In this document: positions 46,084 through 55,379 of the stretch, in pieces
How positions within the stretch are numbered: the stretch's first letter is position 1
Layout: every line of letters starts with the position of its first letter
Origin: Candidatus Obscuribacterales bacterium
Lineage (GTDB): Bacteria; Cyanobacteriota; Vampirovibrionia; Obscuribacterales; Obscuribacteraceae
DNA length: 64,000 nucleotides
Direction of reading: 5' to 3'
NCBI GenBank assembly: GCA_965228855.1
Contig: CBDDIJ010000003.1
Span: 2,336,001-2,400,000 of the forward strand
Program-made: the position numbers and the translations under genes
Notes under the pieces: generated by a model
The model's database searches: none
The model's input: the letters and a program-made list of their open reading frames with translations, nothing else
Told to the model about the DNA's origin: nothing

Positions 46084-47478
46084 TTATTTCTTTCGCTTCC
46101 AAAGTTTATTCGGATTCTTTTTCTTCTTAATAGGTAAAGTCGGATCAGAAGGAGGACTTGTTCCCGGAGTGACCGTCGGCGGAGCCGTGCTAGTGGTGTT
46201 TAGTGCTTTTGCGACGCAGGCAGCAGCGTCAGGCAGTCCATATCCGTAAAACTTGTTCCATCCCGACGAACTGTTCGTAGTGTTTTGCTTGAGAATATTT
46301 TCGACCTGGGTATTGGTCAAAGTCGGCTTCGCGCCCCAGGTTAGAGCGGCGACTCCGCAAGCCAGCGGAGAGGAGAATGAAGTGCCCGCAACAGAAAGAA
46401 CAGTGCTGGTGTTTTTAGAACAGTAGATATTCTGTCCGGGAGCGGTGAACCAGACGCAGTTTCCCCAATTCGAAAAATATGCCAACTCGTTAGTCTCGTC
46501 GATAGCAGACACAACTATCAAGTACGGCACCAGTGGGTTCGAGTCGAACAAAGCCTCATTACCAGCGGCGTTGAACGTCAGTCCGCCTTTAACGTCATGG
46601 AAATATTGAAGATATTCATGAAGCACCGGATTATCCGAAGCGTTAGCAATCGAATACGGCGGAGTGCCATTCACGCTTAAATTGATCAGCCTGGCGGTGG
46701 TGCTCGTGTTGCAGTAATCAAAGGCATCCAGGATTGCGACATTGGAAAACGTTCCATCCGGTCGCCCTGCGCGCACAGGAATAATGTTGGATAAACGAGC
46801 CGGACCAGCGGTTCCACTGTAGTTGCCGGCCAACGCAGCCGCGGTGGTCGACACCATAGTGCCATGACCGTTCACATCGGTCTGCGTGGTTGTGTGGTTC
46901 ACCGCGTCGTATGGCGAAACCAGCTTGCCCGTCAAATCAAAGTTACTCGATGTCACGCCTGTATCAATGACAGCAATCGACGCGTTCGCGTTACCATAGG
47001 ACAGATCCCAGGCAGGTGAGACATTGAGCGCAGTCAGCGCCCATTGCTGAGGATAATACTGATCGTTTGGTGCGGCGTTCGTATGCGCCAGGTAGTCACG
47101 CTGCACAGACCGCATATTCTCATCTTTCATGAGCGAGCGTTCGGCTTTGACGAAAGTCTGAGCATCAGGGAAAGTGACCACCCAAACAGTCATCGAGCCT
47201 CGACCGATTGTTCTTGTGATCGTCCCACTCACCTCACGCACAGCTTGCACGGCATCATCATCAGTGGACTTGAACGGCATCACCAACAAAGTGTTTTGAG
47301 TCCAGGAGACTGGTGCAATTCGCTTTTTCAACGGTTTGCGGTTCTTCGCGGTCGGCAATTTCAATGCCGGTCTTTCTGATTGTGAAATCACAGGTTGAGA
47401 GTTGGCAGCAATCGCTGCGGTCAGACCGAGAGCCAGACCGCAAGCAAACGTGATCCATCTAAGTTTTCTGGGTTTCAT
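46084..47478 (-). CDS. Secreted S8 subtilase with a propeptide
   Basis: PNDQYYPQQW, IAVIDTG (Asp), GHGTMV (His), AAGN, GTSFSSP (Ser), YGYG; signal peptide from ATG 47478. Confidence 0.93.
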   Translation of the reverse strand: MKPRKLRWITFACGLALGLTAAIAANSQPVISQSERPALKLPTAKNRKPLKKRIAPVSWTQNTLLVMPFKSTDDDAVQAVREVSGTITRTIGRGSMTVWVVTFPDAQTFVKAERSLMKDENMRSVQRDYLAHTNAAPNDQYYPQQWALTALNVSPAWDLSYGNANASIAVIDTGVTSSNFDLTGKLVSPYDAVNHTTTQTDVNGHGTMVSTTAAALAGNYSGTAGPARLSNIIPVRAGRPDGTFSNVAILDAFDYCNTSTTARLINLSVNGTPPYSIANASDNPVLHEYLQYFHDVKGGLTFNAAGNEALFDSNPLVPYLIVVSAIDETNELAYFSNWGNCVWFTAPGQNIYCSKNTSTVLSVAGTSFSSPLACGVAALTWGAKPTLTNTQVENILKQNTTNSSSGWNKFYGYGLPDAAACVAKALNTTSTAPPTVTPGTSPPSDPTLPIKKKKNPNKLWKRKK

Positions 47479-47757
47479 AGCATCCTGGAGAGAGTGAGAG
47501 TGCGCCTCCGATGCCAGGGTTCGGATGATCAATTTTATACCCGTTTTGGCCCAGCTTTCATCTATTCACCCGGGTGATCGGCTTGCAGCTGCCAGCGCGG
47601 CTTTCCCGCAACCTTCAGGTGCTTACTCCAGGCATCGTCTTTTGAGACCGAGTTGCCGTGTAGGTATACTCGCGTGGACACGATGGTGGCGGCATGGTAA
47701 CCTTTTGTGCATTCTCGACAGGTTGCCGCCTGATTAGCGTCTTGAGGAACCATATCA

Positions 47758-50700
47758 ATGCCGCAACACGAGCGTCGTTTTATCAAGGAAAACAGAACCA
47801 GTTTTTTTACAACAGTTCTGTTGGCGATGAGCTTGAATTTGATGTCTTCGCCGCAGGCAGTGGCGAAGGGAGAGTTCAGAGAATTCAAATCCAACAACCC
47901 GGGCATCGACAACCGCTCGCTGCGCGAGATGTTCAGACAGCTAATACCGAGCACTCGCGCACAGCTGAACCTGACTGAATCAGGTCGAGCATCAAATAAT
48001 TCCAGGTTAAGCGGCAGTTTAGTAATTCCGAACATCCAGCCTCAAAGAGAATCTAAACGGCTCAACGCTGATTTGCATCGGCAGACAATGCAACTTCAGA
48101 GCAACGGCAAACTTGCGAACACCAGACTGGGAGTGGATTTGAATCTGGATTCGGTCGACCGCAACATCGTGCTCGGGGAAAAGCTGTTCGGGCATACGAC
48201 TTCGGTAACTATCGATAAAGGTGGCGAAACAACCGTGTTTACAGCCGGCTCACAAGTGACTGCTGCGGAGTACGTTGCTGTTAAGCAAGTGCTGATGGCA
48301 GGCACACAGTCTGTTTCGCTTGACGGAAGTGGACGAGCTGTGGGAGGCAGCGTCGACCTCGGTGAGATAACTGCTAGAAATGACAGAATGCGAGCCGATG
48401 ATTTAAAGGTACCGATAAACGTCACCGCATATGGTGACTTTGCGAAAAATCCCACGTTTCAAGTCATCGGAAATCTAGTCAACGCCGGAGTGATTTACGC
48501 ACAAACAGCGAGGAGAGGTGATTCTCGCGGCACGATCCAGGCTGACAGCCTCACCAATCAGTCCTCGGGTGTTATAACTTCCATCTCTCCAGGCAGCGAC
48601 TCTGTAGTGGATTTGACGCTTGAAACCCGAACATCGATTTTGAACTCGGGCACAATTGCCAGCTCTGGTTCTCTGACTCTGACTGCTGGAAGTGAAGTTA
48701 GGAACGACACCGATGGTACGGTATCAGCGCAGAAGAATATCGTCATAACCGCTCCGTCAATAGTTAATAACAATTCCATTCAATCAGCATCCGGCAGCGT
48801 GACGCTGGACGCCCCGGCCGAGCTTCTGGTTGATAATCGCTTTGGCTCAATTAGGGCTTCGACCGGCTCCATCAATGTACGCAGTTCGTCGTTTAAAAAC
48901 GACTCCGGCACTATTGTTTTCGGCGGCGATCTGATCAGTGAAAACGTCAACGTCAACACCGGTCGAGGAACAGCCGACATCACAGTCCGCAAGCTCACCG
49001 GAAGGCTGAATCAGAAAGGCTTTGCTTCTCATGTGTCTGCGGAAACCGACGTATTATCTTTGGGCGACATTAGCCTTGCCGGAGACCCTACTTATAAGAA
49101 CTCGACAGGCGACATAATCATCACGGGTAGTATCACCGTGGCAGAAGCGTTGACTCTAATTGCCAGCGGTGACATCACCAACTCTGTACCGGCAACTATT
49201 ACGACTGGCAGCAGCGCCGGTGGATTCGACATCACCCTCATCGCCGGCGCTAATATCACCTCCGGCTCACCGGACACGACGACGATCGGACCAATCCCCC
49301 CGACTTTGCCTGGCTCTACTGCCACTACCATCAGTGGCACAGCCTCGGGCACAGGCGGGAATATTCTTCTTGGCACCTCAGAGTTTTTGCCAGTGACTAT
49401 CAACGCCAGAGCGACATCAGGCAACAATGTCAACGGCGGCAACGTGCTTATTGCCGCGTTTAACAGCGGCTCGAACAAAGGCATAATCGATATGCCATTT
49501 AGCCAGTTGAACACTGGCGGTCGAGGGTCGGGCAACAATGGCAATGTCACGCTGATTGCCGGAGGCGCGCCGTCCGGTTTTACGATTGAAACAGGTGGAA
49601 TTGATACCACCGGCGGCAGTGGCAGCGGCGGGGACATAGATATATTCAGCTTCACGCCACAAGCGTCAGCAGGAAATGTAACTTACGATCAATTCGGCGC
49701 ACGAACTTCAGCCTCGCAAATCGTGGCGAGCACTACGTCTCAGTTTTCTCCTCATATTTTCTTAAACGGAGATCTAAACGCGTCAGGAAACGTCAATATT
49801 TCGAGCGGCGCGGACGGCAACGTAACTATCGGAGATTTCAACATCACCTGCCGGGGCAACAACAGCGTCGTCAATTTGACCGCAAGTGGGCTCGGGAACA
49901 TTTCAGGGAGTGACTTCACAACTATTTCGTGCGACACACTGAACTTGCTCGTAGATACAGGGGACATCGGCGACATCGCGACAAACACACCAATTTTCAC
50001 TGACGCGACAACTATAACCGCTAATGGTGACACTAGTTCCACAGACGTACTCTTGCAGACCTTCAACCCGGGGTTGAACACCTTCTCCGGAAGCGCCTTT
50101 TCAATGAACGTGGCAACTCAAGGACCGCTAATCGCAAATCCTGACAACGGTCCAATCGTCGCTCAAACATTGCTCATTGGCTCATTCAGCGGCAGCGCCG
50201 GACTGAATGCCCAACATCCACTGGAGGTGGATGCGACATTTTTGTTTGTCGCAGGCTTGGGTGGCGATGTATACGTCCACAATAACAATACCGGTCAAAC
50301 CAACCTGACCGGTGGACAAGCGTTGCAGGCGTCAGGCACTTTCATGGTCACCAGTGACGGTACCATCGGACTGGCAAGCGGTGACTCCATTCGAGCGAAG
50401 AATGTAATTCTGCAGCCTGCATCTGAGTTCCTGAACCTGGTTGGAACGATAAACGGCACTCAGAGTGTCTCGTTGGTATCGGATATGTCTATCGATCCGG
50501 CAAATATAGGAGCGACGATAAACACGCCGCTGTTAAATTTGACGTCGTTAAACGGCGACGTTGGAATTAGCCCGACCACACGTTTTCAGGCAAGCACCGG
50601 GGTTGGTGCCGTCGCCGCGTACGCGCCCAATGGCAGCGTCTATTTGCAGGGCGCGGCGAGCAGCAAGGCCGGCATTGCAGGCGGTTTGGCAAATGGGTCA

Positions 50701-51156
50701 TTCGATTATGCAGGTACGGGTTCCACGACGATTTCAGGCAATGTTGAAACAGCTACTGGAGATATAAAAGTAATCATCAACGGTCCTGGGACTCTGGCAG
50801 TCAACACAAACGCCGTCTTGAATTCCGCCCAGAACCTCACCTTGCTGATCACGGATCTCGCAGGTTCTACCAAGCAAAAAATCACTTTGGGTAAAAATGC
50901 GGCTCTGCAAACGCAGGGAGGCGAAATTGTCGTCTCCGTCGGTGGGCTTGTAGCACCGGTTTCCGGCACCCCGCCGACAAAGGGAGTCGGTTATACAGAA
51001 GTCAACGGCGGTCAGATTTTCTGGGGAAATTTCGGCGTGAGCGGAAAGGGAGTGAATTCGGTAATCGCCAACGGCAATGATGTGATTTTCTCTAATACGC
51101 TCAAGTCAAACGCGATTACCTTGTCGGGCGGAGTCGCAATTGTCACCAGTCCCTAA
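47758..51156 (+). CDS. Large secreted filamentous-haemagglutinin-like beta-helical surface protein
   Basis: Signal-like N-terminus; G/S/T/N-rich repeats (NSGTIASSGSLTLTAG, GGNVLIAA, GNVTLIAG). Confidence 0.75.
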   Translation: MPQHERRFIKENRTSFFTTVLLAMSLNLMSSPQAVAKGEFREFKSNNPGIDNRSLREMFRQLIPSTRAQLNLTESGRASNNSRLSGSLVIPNIQPQRESKRLNADLHRQTMQLQSNGKLANTRLGVDLNLDSVDRNIVLGEKLFGHTTSVTIDKGGETTVFTAGSQVTAAEYVAVKQVLMAGTQSVSLDGSGRAVGGSVDLGEITARNDRMRADDLKVPINVTAYGDFAKNPTFQVIGNLVNAGVIYAQTARRGDSRGTIQADSLTNQSSGVITSISPGSDSVVDLTLETRTSILNSGTIASSGSLTLTAGSEVRNDTDGTVSAQKNIVITAPSIVNNNSIQSASGSVTLDAPAELLVDNRFGSIRASTGSINVRSSSFKNDSGTIVFGGDLISENVNVNTGRGTADITVRKLTGRLNQKGFASHVSAETDVLSLGDISLAGDPTYKNSTGDIIITGSITVAEALTLIASGDITNSVPATITTGSSAGGFDITLIAGANITSGSPDTTTIGPIPPTLPGSTATTISGTASGTGGNILLGTSEFLPVTINARATSGNNVNGGNVLIAAFNSGSNKGIIDMPFSQLNTGGRGSGNNGNVTLIAGGAPSGFTIETGGIDTTGGSGSGGDIDIFSFTPQASAGNVTYDQFGARTSASQIVASTTSQFSPHIFLNGDLNASGNVNISSGADGNVTIGDFNITCRGNNSVVNLTASGLGNISGSDFTTISCDTLNLLVDTGDIGDIATNTPIFTDATTITANGDTSSTDVLLQTFNPGLNTFSGSAFSMNVATQGPLIANPDNGPIVAQTLLIGSFSGSAGLNAQHPLEVDATFLFVAGLGGDVYVHNNNTGQTNLTGGQALQASGTFMVTSDGTIGLASGDSIRAKNVILQPASEFLNLVGTINGTQSVSLVSDMSIDPANIGATINTPLLNLTSLNGDVGISPTTRFQASTGVGAVAAYAPNGSVYLQGAASSKAGIAGGLANGSFDYAGTGSTTISGNVETATGDIKVIINGPGTLAVNTNAVLNSAQNLTLLITDLAGSTKQKITLGKNAALQTQGGEIVVSVGGLVAPVSGTPPTKGVGYTEVNGGQIFWGNFGVSGKGVNSVIANGNDVIFSNTLKSNAITLSGGVAIVTSP

Positions 51157-51173
51157 GAGCCAGTCTCATAAGA

Positions 51174-51776
51174 CTAGATTGACTTGCCGCTGGCCCTTAT
51201 TTTGCTCATCCAGCCCTCGACATTTTCAAAATTCTTTCCATAATCAAAAAGCGCATCAGGCTGTCTCGGTTTACTTGTACATTTGAGTATCCAACGGTTT
51301 TCGGCAATCGGATTAATCTCCACTTCCATCTCTTCGCCTGTAGAACGCCAACTCGTGCCCATAACCGCGCGAGTGATCATTTGTTCAGCGTCATCAGAAA
51401 CAGCCTTGACGTAAGAGATGCTTAGAAGTGCGTCCCGGCAAACTGCAAGCACTTCCTTCGACGTCCCTTCCATTTTGATTTCGCGCACTTGCTCGAGTTC
51501 GAACACATCTTTATAAACGCCTTTAGCAAGAAACATTCGCGCAAACAGATCCAGCAGAATGAAGACAACGCAGGAAACCACGCCAAAAATCAAACCAATG
51601 GTCAGTCCGCCTTTCCACGCGTAGTTAAACGCCTGGGGATCGTTGCTTGTCGTAATGATGATGATCATCACGAGAAGCGCGACACCGCCTCCGAGCCCGA
51701 GGGTACTAACCGTCAGTGCTCTACAAATTCTATTGAGATAAGACGCTATATTTTGTCTCGTCGCCGTATCGCCCAC
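51174..51776 (-). CDS. Hypothetical membrane protein (2 TM helices plus a soluble domain)
   Basis: Two hydrophobic helices followed by a domain ending DYGKNFENV. Confidence 0.7.
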   Translation of the reverse strand: MGDTATRQNIASYLNRICRALTVSTLGLGGGVALLVMIIIITTSNDPQAFNYAWKGGLTIGLIFGVVSCVVFILLDLFARMFLAKGVYKDVFELEQVREIKMEGTSKEVLAVCRDALLSISYVKAVSDDAEQMITRAVMGTSWRSTGEEMEVEINPIAENRWILKCTSKPRQPDALFDYGKNFENVEGWMSKIRASGKSI

Positions 51777-51794
51777 GTTTTATACCTGGAGAAA

Positions 51795-51929
51795 CTAGCT
51801 AGCGGTCTCAGATTCCGTGGGCTCAGATACTTCGTTGTCTGTTCTAACGTACCAGCGCACAAAGCGATACAGCATGTAGAGCGGCGGCATAGACACCAGA
51901 AGACAGATTATCTTATCCAGGTAACGCAT
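51795..51929 (-). CDS. Small membrane peptide, 44 aa (not in the ORF track)
   Basis: Translated by hand as MRYLDKIICLLVSMPPLYMLYRFVRWYVRTDNEVSEPTESETAS*; fills the gap in a minus-strand gene run. Confidence 0.45.
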   Translation of the reverse strand: MRYLDKIICLLVSMPPLYMLYRFVRWYVRTDNEVSEPTESETAS

Positions 51930-51940
51930 AAAATTCAGGT

Positions 51941-52522
51941 TCACGATTCATCATCCTCATCGAGCGCACAAGACTCATCATCATCGTCATCATCGGCTGA
52001 CAGCTTCACACCTTCAGCCTTAATATCTTCGACATCGACAGACTCGACTTCGAGTTCGTCGACTTGCAGTTCGACGGTCATCTTATCGTCATCCGATGCT
52101 TTCAGATCATTGGCAACGGCTTCTTCCATCTCTTCGTCGAACTCGGTCTTCCTTGCAAATTCGTCAACATCGCTTTCTGAATCAGGCGCACTGAAGTCGA
52201 GAACGTAGCCATCATCGTCAACTTCTTCAGCATTCGCTGCAGCGAACGCCGCGGCAAGACTGGCTTGTTTTGCGCGTTGCCTCTCCAATCTTGCCTGATC
52301 TTTTTCTTGTTGGGAACGCTTCGGAAACAGTCTTTTGCGACACTTCGTGCAAAAACAGTAACTGCCTTCCGACAAATGTCCGAAGTCGCCAAGTTTGAAT
52401 CCGACCGGAAGGTACGCTTTAGTAGCGACAAGTCGCCTGTCCAGACCTTTCAATCGGCGCTGAAAAATCCTGACATACTCATGCCGACAGTTGCTTTCTG
52501 CAGTCATATTACCGGTTTCCAT
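51941..52522 (-). CDS. Hypothetical protein with a putative zinc-binding N-terminus and a highly acidic C-terminal tail
   Basis: CRH...CFCTKC, basic helix, and D/E-rich tail. Confidence 0.7.
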   Translation of the reverse strand: METGNMTAESNCRHEYVRIFQRRLKGLDRRLVATKAYLPVGFKLGDFGHLSEGSYCFCTKCRKRLFPKRSQQEKDQARLERQRAKQASLAAAFAAANAEEVDDDGYVLDFSAPDSESDVDEFARKTEFDEEMEEAVANDLKASDDDKMTVELQVDELEVESVDVEDIKAEGVKLSADDDDDDESCALDEDDES

Positions 52523-52547
52523 TCCATCGATAGTCTAGCACTAAGAG

Positions 52548-54080
52548 CTAGCGTTTGGTGACCGGAAACTCTTTCAGCAGTTTCCCTTTCCAGAGCAGCA
52601 CAACAGCAAGCTGGTGGTCGTATTTGACGGTTTGAGGACAAGAAAAGTAGAGCCATCTCTCGCCGTCAGGTTCAAACGGAGGCGACGAAGGACTGGCAAC
52701 AGGCAAAACCACTGAGCCGTTGCGTTTTCGCATAGTGTTGTCGAAGAAAACCGCACTCAGCGTGAGGTCCGTGATAGGAGCACCCGTGATATTTCGGATC
52801 TTGATTTTGCCTTCTGGAGTCAAACTATCCTTTGCAAGCCAGTTACGAGAGAACACAATGCTGATGGGAGGCTTATTCGGATCCCAGTTTCCTGTTTTAT
52901 TAGCGTCCTCGAGCTTCTCCTCTACCGCCGGGTCCTCGCCTCTAAGCGCCACCAGTTGCTCTGAAACTCGGGCAGCGTGCCCCTTAACCGAGATAGCCTC
53001 TTGATTCTTCTTCTGCGACGCAAGCTGGTCGCTCCAGGCGAGCAACGTGCTCTTCAGCTTTTCAAGCAAAGGTACTGACTGTCGCAGAGTGCTGGCTTCC
53101 TCCAGCGCCCTGACTGCGCCGGCATAATTAGCAATCTTTATATTCACATCCGCCAGCAACTCATAGTCCTCGACGCTGCGCTCTTTATCAGTTAACTCAC
53201 TGAGGGCGACTTGAGCTTTTTCGTAATCCATTTTCTCAAGCAGCAATTCGATCAAACGGTGGCGCACTTCCAGATTGTTAGGGTCCTGACTGCTTACGAA
53301 CTCGTAGTTTTCAATGGCTTTTCCGGACTGTCCCGTGCGCGCATAAATTGCGGCCAGCAAAATTCTCGTGGTCGGTTCATCACAAACAGACAAGCTTTGC
53401 TCTAGAAGTCGAATAGCCTCTTTGTCGTTCTTTTCCTGGGTTTCAGCAATCGCAGCAAGTTTGCGATAGCAATCACTCAGACGCAGAGGAACTGTTTGAG
53501 TGATCGTTGAATCAAGATCTTTCGCCAGTTTATCGGCTTGCTGCAAGTGATAAACAGCATCGTTCAGATTGTCGGCGGCAATTTCCTGCTCTGCCCAAGC
53601 CATATACAGCTTGGCTCGTCCGACGTCGAAACTCTTGCCGCTGTGACGTTTCATCACAGACTGATAGAGTTTTTCAGCTTCCTCGTAGTCCCCTCGGCGC
53701 TGGTAGTATTCTGCAAACGCCTGGATCACCGGAGAAAGTTCTTCTGCTGAAAGCTTGAGTCTCAGCGCCGTATCGAGCGATGTCCGCCCTTCCGCATAAC
53801 GCTCGCACGCCAGGTAACCTTGCGCCAACCAGGGGTAAACATTGGAGTTATCCGGGTCTTCATGCGTCAATCGCTCTAACACGGGAATTGCGGCGGCGGC
53901 TCGCCCCTGCTTGATCATCTTGACCGCGTTGGTAAACTCGGTCTCTCGCGGTCGAGTGTATTCATAGGTTAGAAACGAGGCGAGAGCCACCACGACTATT
54001 AGAATAATCGTACGCCACAGCTTGCCACCACCCTTGGTGGCTGGCTCGGTGGATTCGGTTGGCGTTGCTTGAGTCGACAA
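52548..54080 (-). CDS. Membrane-anchored TPR protein with a C-terminal beta-sandwich-like domain
   Basis: N-terminal TM helix, multiple TPR units, and G.IKIRN.TG.PI..L.L.AVF domain. Confidence 0.82.
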   Translation of the reverse strand: MSTQATPTESTEPATKGGGKLWRTIILIVVVALASFLTYEYTRPRETEFTNAVKMIKQGRAAAAIPVLERLTHEDPDNSNVYPWLAQGYLACERYAEGRTSLDTALRLKLSAEELSPVIQAFAEYYQRRGDYEEAEKLYQSVMKRHSGKSFDVGRAKLYMAWAEQEIAADNLNDAVYHLQQADKLAKDLDSTITQTVPLRLSDCYRKLAAIAETQEKNDKEAIRLLEQSLSVCDEPTTRILLAAIYARTGQSGKAIENYEFVSSQDPNNLEVRHRLIELLLEKMDYEKAQVALSELTDKERSVEDYELLADVNIKIANYAGAVRALEEASTLRQSVPLLEKLKSTLLAWSDQLASQKKNQEAISVKGHAARVSEQLVALRGEDPAVEEKLEDANKTGNWDPNKPPISIVFSRNWLAKDSLTPEGKIKIRNITGAPITDLTLSAVFFDNTMRKRNGSVVLPVASPSSPPFEPDGERWLYFSCPQTVKYDHQLAVVLLWKGKLLKEFPVTKR

Positions 54081-54129
54081 TTCTCAATACCGTAGAGCAC
54101 TTACCCTACAGCTATAATATCCTTTTGTT

Positions 54130-55026
54130 ATGAACGATGAGATCAACCTGACATCTACTGCAAATTTGGTCAGCTTCGAAGCCCATTCCGGCAATCGAAA
54201 CTGGACGGTGAAAGCACGCACCTGGGGCGACCCGGAAGACTCTCACGCCTGCGCGTTGCTCGTGCACGGTTTGGGCGCTCACAGTGGCTGGTTTGAAGCC
54301 TTCGCACGAAGATTATCGGCAAAAGGAATCTTCGCGATGTCATACGATCAAATTGGCTTTGGCTTGAGAAAGGATGAGCTGTTCCACTCCAAAGATGAAT
54401 GGCTGGATGACCTCATCGCCAGTTGGGAAGAGCTTAAGTCAATCGCGGGCGGTACAAAGAAGCCGCTATATCTAGTTGGAAACAGCATGGGTGCAGTTGT
54501 CGCCTATTCATGCGTCGAGAGCGTCAAACCGGACGCCATGATTCTCTTCTCGCCCGGATTCGACGGGCACCCGGTGACGTTCAATATCGGATATAAACTG
54601 AAGGCGCTTGCCGCGGCAATCTTCGCACCGGACAGCGATGTTATTTTGCCGTACTCGGTCGACGATATTACGCCATCGCAGACAGTGAGAGACTTTCTAA
54701 CTGCCGACCCGCAAAGACGCTTCGCTATTAGTGCTCGAATGGGGCTTGAACTCTTGAAGTTGACCTTAGCCACTAAAGGCGGCAACAAAATCGCTCATTG
54801 CCCAGTGCTGATGGCAACAGCAGGAATAGAAAAGATTGTCGACAATAAAGTCAGCGAAAAATTATTCAACGAGCTATCCGCGCCGGTCAAGAAGAGATTG
54901 AAATATGCCGACTCGATGCACGACTTGATGTTTGACCCGAATTTAGACGAGATCGTCAATGAAGTTTGCGACTGGCTCGTAAGCGTGACAGGGTCACCGA
55001 CAACCGAAATTTCAACCTCAAAATAA
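54130..55026 (+). CDS. Alpha/beta hydrolase of lysophospholipase/monoacylglycerol lipase type
   Basis: LLVHGLGAHSGW, YDQIGFG, GNSMG, SMHDL. Confidence 0.85.
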   Translation: MNDEINLTSTANLVSFEAHSGNRNWTVKARTWGDPEDSHACALLVHGLGAHSGWFEAFARRLSAKGIFAMSYDQIGFGLRKDELFHSKDEWLDDLIASWEELKSIAGGTKKPLYLVGNSMGAVVAYSCVESVKPDAMILFSPGFDGHPVTFNIGYKLKALAAAIFAPDSDVILPYSVDDITPSQTVRDFLTADPQRRFAISARMGLELLKLTLATKGGNKIAHCPVLMATAGIEKIVDNKVSEKLFNELSAPVKKRLKYADSMHDLMFDPNLDEIVNEVCDWLVSVTGSPTTEISTSK

Positions 55027-55379
55027 TGTAATAAAAGCACTCGAAGAGTCGCAAGGTAGAGAGGCTCTGCCATGCAGGAGACAGTTGCGAGAAACTCCCG
55101 TCTTCCTGATCTAGCCGTAATTTGTTGCCACATGGAAACTACTATAATTTGGACGCTCAGTCTTGTAGCAGATCGGCAAGACTGTGATTCTGTGGCGCTG
55201 GCAGTCATTCGTTTCTTTCCAAATGTTAACGGAAAGCAGAGAGAATGGGAACTTTTGAGCTTCCAGCGCAACATAAGGATCGCCGCTCCGCGCTATGAAT
55301 AGGGAATCGAGCGACAAGGCGACTGATCGAAATGACCTGAACCGTGCAGGGCAGCAATTCATCAAGAAGGGCCAAGACA

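Noticed and set aside
55295..55325. AATAGGGAA as a possible cobalamin riboswitch core
   Set aside because: No following GGTG, no B12-box elements, and the downstream gene is unrelated to B12.
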